Of a stretch of 64,000 bases of DNA, positions 51,542-62,200 are shown piece after piece. The notes below the pieces were generated by a model, which was not told where the DNA came from, did no database searches, and saw nothing but the letters and a program-made list of their open reading frames with translations. Made by a program: the position numbers and the translations under genes. Position 1 is the stretch's first letter, and each line of letters begins with the position of its first letter. The stretch comes from Vitrella brassicaformis CCMP3155 (taxonomy: Eukaryota; Protista; Chromerida), in assembly GCA_001179505.1 (NCBI GenBank), contig CDMY01000201.1, forward strand, positions 105,126 through 169,125. The letters are read 5' to 3'.

Positions 51542-52513
51542 GGTCAGTGTGGCCAAAGCGCTTGCGCGATCGCTCACCGGTCCATCTCCGCCAGCAGGTG
51601 GTCTCTCTCATCTTCATGGTCGTCCCCATCGCAATGGTCCTCCCACCCACAGTCTTTGCCCTCGCGCAAACCACGCGCGATGCGGTCTATCGACACTCTC
51701 TCATCCACTGGAGCAGAGGACGACGCTGCGTCTGCTGTCGATGCTGATGGTGCTGAGGGCTCCTTGGCACCATTCTGGCCTTCGTCCTGCTGCTGTGTGG
51801 GTGATGCTGCCAGTGGTGGTGCTGGTGATGACGTTGGTTGCTGTCTTCTTCTCATTGACGGCCACATGTGGCAGTGGAGCGCCTCTCTGATGCGGGCGAT
51901 GCCGTGCTTCTCGAATGGGCCCGCTGGCTGTGAATCGTCTGACTCGGTGAAGGGGACGAGCTCGATGCTGTGCTCGATGCACCTGCCGAAACACACATAC
52001 ACACCACACACACACACACACACACACACACAAATCCACCATTTGGCTGCTGGCACCTCCCGTCCGTCTGTCTGCCCGACTGACTCACCAGCTGCGGAGG
52101 TGGTCAGCCGAGGCCGCTCCGTCATCCTCCTCCATCTCGCAAGCCACGACAGCAATCTTGTCGGCATCGTTGTCCGCCCACTCCCGCAGCCGCGTCATGA
52201 CTCCCGCGTCCTCCTGTAGCACCCGCAGCCCGCCCTCCTCTATCACCGCAACAATCGCCTCAATGCTCACACCGTTGTCGGCCTCCATCGCCTCCAGCGG
52301 CCGATGATCCATCGCCAGAGGCCTTGTCATGATCGTCACGTCGGCCTCATAGTACTTGGTCTCGATGCGCCACGGCAGCAGGGATGCGGGTGATGGTTTG
52401 CCTCGGTTGTTGTCATCTGTTGGGGCTGTGTGGCCGGTGAGGCGGCGGATGAATGGGTTGACACCGATGGACGGCGTGTGCGCGACGAGAATGCTGCTGT
52501 TGCGAACAGACAT
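51264..52513 (-). CDS. AAGAB: Alpha/gamma-adaptin-binding protein p34 (AAGAB-like)
   Basis: PWRIETKYYEADV, |WCIEHSIELV, EKHGIARIREALHCHMWPSM and terminal DEARRERAAHVAMEL are characteristic p34 motifs. Confidence 0.88.
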
Positions 52514-52937
52514 GGCGTTGCTGGTTCCTTCCCCACTTCTCGTGCGAGCTCGACTCGGCTCAGTGCTTCGCGAAACACAATATCGACGGCCACGTCTATC
52601 CTTTTCCCTTTGTTTCCTCACCATTTGGCGTTTGCTGATGGGCTGCTCGGTGCCAACCGGCAATACGCCGCCATCGGCATCGATTCTGACATCATCTTAG
52701 CCAGTCCCTGCCCCACTCCGATGGATGCCGTGGTGTTTGGGTGGCTGGTGGTGCAAGATTCCTGATCGAAGGACTGATACTTTGAAGGTGGGGGCGGACA
52801 ATGGAGAAAAGGCGGAGAAAAGGCGGAGAAAAGGAGCGCATTCATGTCGTATTCTCGTTTGTTTCTGCAGATCTGACCAGCAATACCCGAGGAATCGTCC
52901 CATCTCGGTGCCGGTTGGGCTCCTGTGGCGAACGACC

Positions 52938-55900
52938 ATGGCGACAGATACGATGTGGCTCATTCACTCGGCTTTATTGGGGGCGGAGGTCTCCTTTCTA
53001 TATGCCAACTTCATGGTGAGTGCACTGTTGGGTCAGTACAGTAATGTGAGATGAGCTGGAGAACCACCCGACCCACCACACAAAGCGAAGGCCCATCGCA
53101 TCATCATACAAACATGTGTTTTGTTGTTCTTGTGTGGTGTGGTGTGGTATCTGTCTGCAGATATACAACTATTCGGCGGCGTTGGTGACTGCAGCTGCGT
53201 TGGCTGCGGCCCTGCTAGCGTCGTGCAGCCGCCGCACCCGCACTCAGCTCGCCAATGCCGCCGTGCAGCTCTTCCTAGCGGGCGTCCTCATTGCGGGCGT
53301 CGCAGCATCATTCGACACATACACGTGAGCCGGGCAAAGGAAGTGGGGGAGGGAGACAGTACAGAAGATGCATGGCGGGGCGGGATGGATCGAATGCGTT
53401 GTGTGTGCATTGATTGCATCGTATGGTGTGGTATGGTTTCAGTGAGTATGGCGATTCCGGAGGTCATTTGTTGCTCGGTGTGGGCCAGATCATCATGTCG
53501 TTCTCGTGGGCCATCCTCTCCCTCCTCATCGCCTGCAACATCTCGCCCCTCGCATCCATCGCACGAGAATACGCGGGAGACCGAGCCGGCGTCAAGGGCA
53601 CACTCGAGTTCGTCCCCCTCGCCCTCGAGGCCACCCGACACAGCCCATACCTCACCAACCAGAGCCTCACACAACTACACCTCTCCCGACAGAGCACCGC
53701 ACTCAGTGCTGCGGGCGCCCATCTGGCACACGAAGCAGCGAGGCAGCCTCTGCGGACGCAGCAGTCCATTCCCAGAGTTGGCTTGGAGCGCCCTATGAGC
53801 GGCTCGGCCGTCGGCCTTGGTGCGCTGTCCCGGTCTGGCACGCTGGAGCGGCAGATGGAGATGCTCTCTCCCCGCTATGCAGACATCCCTCCCGAGGCCA
53901 TCGGCCGCACCGCATACGAGCCCACCCCAGAGTGGGCCCTGCCGCCCGGCAGAGGCGGCATCCGCTACGTCAAGTCGGTGCCACGCTCGTACGCCTATGG
54001 CCCCCCACCGCCACCGGCTCCCCAGCCGCAGCCCCACCCCCAGCAGCAGCAGCAGCAGCCTCCCGACGCACATGGCGCACTGTCGAGTGACCTGAGAAAG
54101 GCCGCGGGGTCGGGAGTGGGTAGCTTCGGTGACCTGGAGAGGATCGAGGAAGAGGGTCAGTACGAGGCAGGTCCTACCCCTGCTGCCCATGCGGCCAAGT
54201 CGCCCGAGTTCTTCTCGCCCATGACGGTGCCTCAGCCGGAGAGCCGACTGATGCGTGAGCAGCCCACCGTGCCGGAGCCATTCGTCACCCCCACCAAGGA
54301 GGAGCCCAAGGAGGAGGCCACAGAGGAAGAGAAATCACCGTCGCCCGACACCGAGGACCCCGACCTGATGGCGGCCATCCGGGCCAGCCTCGAGGACGTC
54401 AGCCCGCCGTCTCCCTCATCCGCGCGTCAGTTCCTGCAGCAGCAGTACGGTGGCAGCGAGGGCGGCGAGTCGGCACACACGCCCCCCTCCCTCCCGCGAT
54501 GTGACGCCGTCCCGCCCCGATTCCGCGCCGGAGGGGACAAGAGAGAGGTGGGGGACGCCAAGGAGGGGGACCGACAGGTGGAGGACAGAGACATCAGCCA
54601 GAAAGGCGAGAAGGAGGGCGGCGGCATGGAGACGGCTGACCGCGCAGCGTTGATGAACCAGGTGTTGTTCGGCAGCCGTCATGGCGAGGCGGCCCAGCAG
54701 CAGCATGGTGTGGGTGTGGGGGAGGTCTTTCACCGCTCCCGGCTGGACCACCTCACCCCGATAGCGACAGACGGGTGGGAGACGGAGAAGGGCGACGGCG
54801 CGAGTGAGAGCAAGAGCGTCACTGCCCTCTTGGCGGGACACGACCTCGCTGCCCACGGACACGCCAAGGCCATGCAGAACCTCCTCACATCCATGGACGG
54901 CAAGCGCAGGAGCCGACGCAAGACGGCCGGCAATGGCAGCGGCATGCAGACGACCACCACCACCACCACCACTGGCAGTGGGCGTCGTCTGCTGCGCCGT
55001 AGCTTCGGTCACCTGAGCAGCTGGTTCTCTCGGTCGACGTCCATCAGCACAGACGTGCCGTCGTCGATGGCGGCCAGCGACGAGGAGAGGGGGGACCGCC
55101 AGAAGCAACCACACAAGGGCGGCCTCGCACCGGTGCCCGAGACCGCACCCAACCAGCGCGATGACGACCATGATGATCAACATGTCCGTGTGCGTGAGGG
55201 TGAGGGTGTGGAGGGAGGGGACGGTGAAGGGGCCAAGGCGATGAGCGATAGCGAGATGACACCTCGTGGGCGCAGGGCGGGCAACGTGACGCCGTCCAAG
55301 CATGGGGGCAAGGACGGTGCAGACGGGGAGAAGGTCTCCACGACGGAGCACGACGCAGACGATGAGTATGGAGTGCTGGGCGGGTACTGGAGGTGAGCTA
55401 CCACGGCGCATTGACACACACACAACGGCACCGTCCAGCTGATTCATGATGTGTGTGTCTGTGTGTCCTTCCTTGTGTCATTCAGTGAGGGTGGCGTCAC
55501 ACCAATCATGAAGGGCCGCACGCTGGCGTCTCTGGCCCAGGCCATCCGCCCCCTCCCCCCTCCCCTCTCACTCGACAACAACAACAACACCAACCACAGC
55601 ATACAGCCCAACCAGCCCCCCGACCACCGTACACCTACACCCGAGCACTACCACACGCACTCCGACGACTCCGGCGCCAACACGCGCCTCAAGGGCGGAC
55701 CACGGCCGCCCAGCAGAAACACACCCTCATTTGGCATTCCGCTCGACAACAAGGAGGGAGAGGGGAATGGGGATGGCGAGGGCGAGGGCATTCGTCTGCC
55801 CGCTGCGCCAGCAGCAGTAGCTGTCGTCGAGCATCTGGGTGCGAGTGGTGTCAAAGACGACCACCGAGTGGAGGGGCGGGAGGTGGAGGAGAGTAGTGGG

Positions 55901-57010
55901 GTGGTTGGGAGCGGTGGAGGGGGTGGGGTGGTGCAGCAGACTGTCATCAAAGTAGGAGAGGAGAAGAAGAACCTTGTCGATTGGTACGCATCGCAAGCAG
56001 CGAGACAGATAATGCAATGCAGAAGACAGACCAGACAGCCAACTGCCCTGCCCACATCTGTTCATATGTGCTGTGTTGGCGTCGTGTCTGTCTGCCTGCT
56101 TCCCTTGCCCCCAGGGGTAGCATCCGTCCGCCACCCAACTACACCGCCCACCCCAAGGTGCCCAGGCTGCCTCTGCATTCCCCCTCTGTGCCCGTATTCC
56201 CCCGACCAGCAGCCCGCACCGGTCGCTCCATCGACGCGCTGGACGCATCCAACGACGACATCATGTGCCACGTGCCGCCGACGCCCCGCAGCCGGGACCC
56301 ATCGCCCATCCGTCAGAGGCCCTCGCCCAAGCTCGACATTCGGGCCAACAGCGTGCTGCCCAGAGTGAATGCCTATACTGCTGGTGGTGTGACGGCGGCA
56401 GCTGACGTGGTGCAGGGGGACGCCGGTGTGGGTGTGGGTGTGGGTGTGGTTGAGGCTGCGGGGCGGGAGGTGGGTGTGGGTATGGGAGTGGGAGTGGGTG
56501 TGGGTGAGTCTCGCGGCGTGGTGGAGCGGCCGCCCTCTGTGGGTGTTGCGTCGTTTGTGCAGAAGTTCGAGGCCATCAGCAAGCTTAACAAACCAGACAA
56601 AGACAAGGATAGCAACGGTGAGTGAGTGCTCGGCGGTTGCCAGGCTGGATGGATGCACACATGTCTCCTTCTGTTGTGCAGGTCGTGTCGGTGGTGCCAA
56701 TCGCCCCTCATTCGGGCGTCGCGGCAGCTCGTTCGGAGGCGGCCCCAAGATTGGCGGGGGCCTGCGTGGGTGGCTCCCATTCACCACATCTCACGACGCA
56801 TCGGCAGGAGCGGCACAGAAGACCGCTAATGCCAACAACCAAAACGCAGCAGCAGCAGCAGCAGCAGCCGATATCGGCGATTTGGAGGAGGGGCGTATGC
56901 AGCAACGGCAGCAGCACGACAGTGCAGTAGCAGCAGTAGCAGCAGGAGGAGGGTCGGTGGGTGAGAAGGAGGGAGGCACTAAGGTGGTGGAGGGGGACGA
57001 GACTGTGTAG
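52938..57010 (+). CDS. Multi-TM N-terminus followed by a roughly 1000-aa disordered tail, unknown function; start uncertain
   Basis: Hydrophobic exons (WLIHSALLGAEVSFLYANFM|IYNYSAALVTAAALAAALL..AAVQLFLAGVLIAGVAASF; LLLGVGQIIMSFSWAILSLLIAC) lead into the 660-codon ORF 53414-55396 and further exons ending EGDETV*. Confidence 0.7.
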
Positions 57011-59264
57011 GCAGTGAGAGGGAGGGGGGAGCGGCCGGGGGACGGACTGGTTCGTACGTGCACGTGCATCATGATGTGTGTGAATGAGGGAGGGAGGAGA
57101 GGGAGGGAGTGGGGGCGGGCGGGCCGCAGAGAGATAGATAGATAGATAGATAAGATACAAAACAACCTGCCTGACTGACGACAGACAGACACGCCAGATG
57201 GATGGATGGATGGATAGCTTCGGTGGGCTGCGTGCGGACTTGTCATGTGTGTGTGTGTGTGTGTGTGTGCATGTGTGTGTAAGTGCGTCACGTGTGTGGG
57301 GACTTTTCTGTGTCCAGCCAGCCCAGCCTTCTTTCTTTTGGTGCGCGCGCCTAGCTACAGACTGATGAGACCAAAATGGATGGGTGGATGGATTGCGTTG
57401 AATGTTCTGGCATCACACATGTACAGTGGGGTTGGCATAATAAGTTGTTTGTTTGTTGAATTAGGGGCACCACACCTACATCTCACCAGCTGTTGGCAGC
57501 TGCGTCCGTCACACACGAGACTCCACACACCACATCACACCACACGACACCAACAACACGCAGCCAACACACACACACACACACACACACGAACACTCAC
57601 ACACGCATTATTCTGCTCACTCACAGTCTGGAAAAAACCGAGTATGGGTGCGTGCTGTGCTGTGCTGGGGGCCACGGCACGGCACGCACGTGTGCAGGAC
57701 ACAAAGAGACACACATGCCCTTTCCTCTGCATGGTGTGGTGGGGTAGAGTGAGTGTGGCGTGCCGAGTGCGCGAAAAAAGTGCATGCATGCGACGCCGTG
57801 CAGTCAGTGAGCTTAGTTAGCGTAGGTAGTGCCTTAAGAGGATGGGATGGTCAAGTGTTTGTTGAAAAAAACAGAAGTGTTTGGTGCTCACTCAGACACA
57901 CACGACCAGTCGATGATCAAATCCCTCACGCACACGCGCACACGCATTCATTCTTTCTCTTGGTTCATTGTCTTGTCTTGTCTTGTGTGGGTGGGCGGGT
58001 GAGGTGGGTGGGCAGCGAGGGAATCGGGAGCTTTTGATTCGACCTTGGCCACGCCTCAATCAACCCACCTCTCTGTCTGTCTGTCTTCTTGGCACGGCAC
58101 GCAGTGCAGGCAATGCATTCGGTTCCATCCATCCAGTCAGTCATGTCATTGACACCACACCACAGCACAAGACACACAGCACACGACGCACACAAGCATA
58201 GATAGCATGAGTGAGATAAATAACCAAGACACCACACCACACCCGCCACGTGCCCTGCACTGACACATGTAGAGTAAGTAAGAGTGTCAGGTAGGGTAGG
58301 TAAGTAGATCGGTCGGTCGGTAGGTGGGCCATCGGGATTGGATGGATGAGGGAGGACACACGAAGAGACAGACAGCACGACGTTGGCCATGCTGGCAAGG
58401 TCGATTATGGCTGGCTATACAGACCTACCTACCCACCCACCTACAGACACGCACACGCACACGCACACAGACACATACATTGCAGCCAGCCACTCAAAAC
58501 GTCCAGGTAGCTTCCAGGCAGCACCCAACCTGGCAAAACAGCCACACACGCCTTATCTACTCTCTCTTATCTCTCTACCCCACCCACCTGCCCTCCCTCT
58601 ACCATGTGCTCAGGCACCTACCTACCTACGGAGAGAGCCACACAGCCAGCCGGTCGGCATGCTCGCGACTCCTTTCTTTCGCAGTCAGTCAGTGAGTAGG
58701 GGTTTAGATACATACCAGCGACACGCACACGAGCCCACGACACGAAGCCATGAGTACCACCGAACGAACAGACAGACAGACAGACAGAGAGACAGAGAGA
58801 CAGACAGAGAGACACGAGCGATATCCATCCAATAACTTACAATACACGGAGCACCACACCACACCACATACACAACGGCACACACACAAACAGACAGACC
58901 GATGAGATGACCCCTCCTTACTCTCTATCTAGAGGTGTTCAGAGAGACGGCTACGATGTCCGACCGATGGCCTTTACAATGAGTGGGTGTTGAAAGGCAG
59001 ACAGCTCTGGCATAAAACAATAAACAATACCGACAAGTGGGAGACAGGGAGGGTAAAAGATCGGCGGGGCAGCCGGCCGGGCAGCCTAACAGGCCGTCCG
59101 GCCAGCCAGAAAAATCCTACAGGTGGGTGGATAAAGACATAAGAAAGGCCACTCACTGCACCGCACACAGTTCCGTCAGAAAAACAAACCATAAACCAGA
59201 CGGACACACGACACAACACAGCTCCCCTTCCTACCTCCCTACCGCTTTTACCTCCCTGCTGTTT

Positions 59265-62200
59265 TTACGAGAACCAGCCGGTTTTCCGCCTGACGCAGAC
59301 CCCTGAGTCATAGTACCTCTTGAGGGTCTCCCTGACATCCTCCTCGGTCAGGTTGACGTCCTCGAGCGAGTAGGGGTGCTTGAACTTGTCCCTGTTCTTC
59401 CGGTTCTCGTTGACCATTGCCTGCATCCTGTCGACGGCCCGTTTGGTGGCGGGGATGTTGAAGTGCCTGTAGATCTTCTTGACCGTCCCCACGGGGTCGC
59501 CCAGCAAATCGTCATAGTGGACGTCGAAGAACTGCTTCTTCAGGTGGGGGTTTCTCGCGCGGAAGTGCATGGAGTGGTCGACCATGGAGGCCATGGCGTC
59601 GAGCTCCTGCTGCCCCACGGCGTCGAGGTCCACCTCTTCCATGAAGTTCTTCCGCACCGAACGCACCAGGCTGCACCATGACGCCACAGCGTCCTTCGGG
59701 TCTCTGCACACCGACCAAACAGAACACAAGACAATTTATGTGAGCGGGGGTGAAGGGTTACGTGCCGAACGACGGACCTGTGTGTGTGGATGACGAGTGC
59801 GTCTGGGTAGGCCTCGAAGAGTGCGTCGAGTGCCCAGAGGTGGAAGGGCATTTTGAGGAGCCACCGGTCCCCGGCCCGCTGCCACTGGAGGTGCTGGAGG
59901 AACCGCTTGTGGAAGGCGTATCCGTTCTTCATCTCTTTGCAGTCGTCCTTGAAGAGCCAGTCCTTGTACTCGGATGACCCGAACTCGACGCATATCGAGT
60001 ACGACCGGAAGCAGTGCTCGAAGATCATGTAGTCCTCATCCGGCCAGTCCGCCTTCTGCGCGTGGATCCGCATCCAGTCGTCGCTCATGCTCCAGATGAA
60101 ATCCAACTCCTCTTGCGCAGGGGCCAGCCGGGGATCCTACAGGACACGTGTACACACACACACGTCAGCGGTGCTCGTGTGGTCGTGCGGCATGTGGCCC
60201 GGTGTTGAAACCTACCTGGTCCCAGTCCCATGGGGCGTCGTTGGGTACGTTGTGCGGTCTGTAAGAGCCGTCCTCGCCGTAGGGGTAGTTCATCTCACAG
60301 TACATGGGGGTCCTCATGGCGGGGTCCTTTGCGATCAGCCGCTGCAGCATGGTGGTGCCCGTCCGGTTGAGCCCCACAATGACCAGCGGCTGACGTATCT
60401 GCTGCCGCTCTATGTCGGGGTGCAGCCGCGCCATCTCCTTCATGAAGAGCAGGTTCTTGAAGATCTGCCGGCACTTGCGGAACATGACCAGCTCGCCGAG
60501 GAAGGACAGCTTCACGTCGTTGTTGGCGCTCTGGGCCAGCAGCCGCGCCGACTCCAGGTAGAAGTCCTCACCCTCAGCCTCTGTCGCGAACTCCCGCAGG
60601 CCGTTGGTGTGTTTCCGCGCGCACTCGAGTGCGTGGTCAACATCGATCCTGACGGAGTTGCTTTTGGGAGCGAAGAAGCGGAACTCGATTTGGTACTGGA
60701 AGGAGGCCCGGAAGATGTCCTTGACGGGCGGCCATGCCATGTGTGGGAGCTCGTCGAAGATGTTTTGGGTGCGGATGGGGAATGGCTCGGTCCGCTCGTC
60801 GCAGTCGAACCAGTAGGACCGCCAGTGCTGCATGAGGGGCACGAACTTGAAGACGGGCGACTCGGGACCACGTTTCTTGACAGCGTCGAGGAAGGTGTCG
60901 ATCTTGACGCCATAGTACTTGATGCCCAGCTCGTCTGCCCACGCCTCAAGCTGACCCCTGCACACGGACATAGGATACGATACGTCAAATCGATGCATGC
61001 ATTCGATTGAGCCCTCCGTGTAAATTTACTGTGTGACGACGGTTGTGTCGATGAGGTGGTATAGCCAGTGCTTCCGCCGCTCAAGGAACGAGGCCTCCAC
61101 CTAAACGATCAACGAATGACACGCAACAGAGCACTCGATTGACAGGACGATCGAAGCCCCCACACAGGCTAGCTTTGCGACCTACCAGCATCTCAGCAAT
61201 GGTGTCCACCGGTGTGAAAGGCGCCGTAGACGCGCCGACGGGGAACATGCCCTCCTCGATGGAGCTGATAGTCAGCGCCGTGGCGTAGTCGCCCTTGTTG
61301 GTGTACCCTGTCCGCCAGCCGACGAACGTGTTGGGGAGTCGGTACACACACACGGGCAGGCCCATGTCGCGAGCCTTGCGCAGCACCTGCTCGGCGGCCC
61401 ACTTGCTCCAGGGGTAGCCCATGCGGAGAGGAGGGTAGAACTTCTGCATCTCCTTGGGGTCGGGGGAGGAGTCCTCGGTGATGAGACGGTCGTCGAAGTC
61501 CTGGCTGAAGCAGGCAAAGAAGGCCGGGAAGATGCCCAGGGTGGAGGCGTGGTGGAGCGACTTGAGGCGGTAGGTGGTGCACAGCCGCAAGACGCCCTTG
61601 AGGGCGAGAGTGTTGGTTGCACGGAGACGAGCGTAGTTGCTCAGGAGGTTGACATCGCCGCCAGTGTGGTGGACCTGAATGAACGAAGAAACCACACATA
61701 GAGAGTACATGTCAGTCAACCCTTCGATCACTGCTACCCCGTGCTGCGCATGTGCTGTGCAAGTCACCATGTCGATGGTTCGGCAGAGTTCCATGAATTT
61801 GTCCTCGCCGACGCCGAGGTCCTCCTTGGTGAAGTCTCCGGGCAGCGCCTCGATGCGGCTGGCGTACTCCTCCTTCCACACCTTGGCCTCATTGCACGCG
61901 TCGCGGATGCGCTGCATGGCGTGCTTCTCGTCGTTGGCCCGCACCAGGCACGTGACCTTCAGGTTCTCACTCCCCGGCCGGTCCAGCAGGCATACCACTT
62001 GCAGGCGGCCGACAAACCCCGTCACGCCGGTGAGCAGCACGTTCTTGACTTGCTTGGGGTGCCGCATGGGCAGCAGGGTGTTGACGTCGAACTGCAGCCA
62101 CTCTGTGAGGTCCTTGATGTCGTCCATCGGGTCGACCGTCTTCTCTCGGGGCTTGCCACCGCCCACCACTCCTCGGATGGCCTCTTCGTAGTCGGTCGCC

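Larger units (their letters stand above)
1950..59264. repeat. Pervasive microsatellites in introns and 3' intergenic DNA: (CA/TG)n, (GA/TC)n, (TGGA/TCCA)n, (CAGA/TCTG)n, (CAGG/CCTG)n, (CAGT/ACTG)n
   Basis: Directly visible in nearly every intron (e.g. 5431-5545, 6541-6603, 50461-50537) and in 19200-21100 and 57010-58900. Essentially absent from exons and the head-to-head promoter gaps. Confidence 0.98.

Noticed and set aside
57010-59260. 2-kb gap between convergent genes, checked for a hidden gene or transposon
   Set aside because: No codon-like ORF, terminal repeats or transposase/RT motifs were seen; consistent with 3' UTRs.
14487-61000. TGCATGCA occurrences (a known ApiAP2-bound motif), e.g. 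near 14487, 15805, 20988, 57781, 60993
   Set aside because: They are scattered in introns and 3' regions with no clear association with gene starts, and may derive from (TGCA)n slippage.
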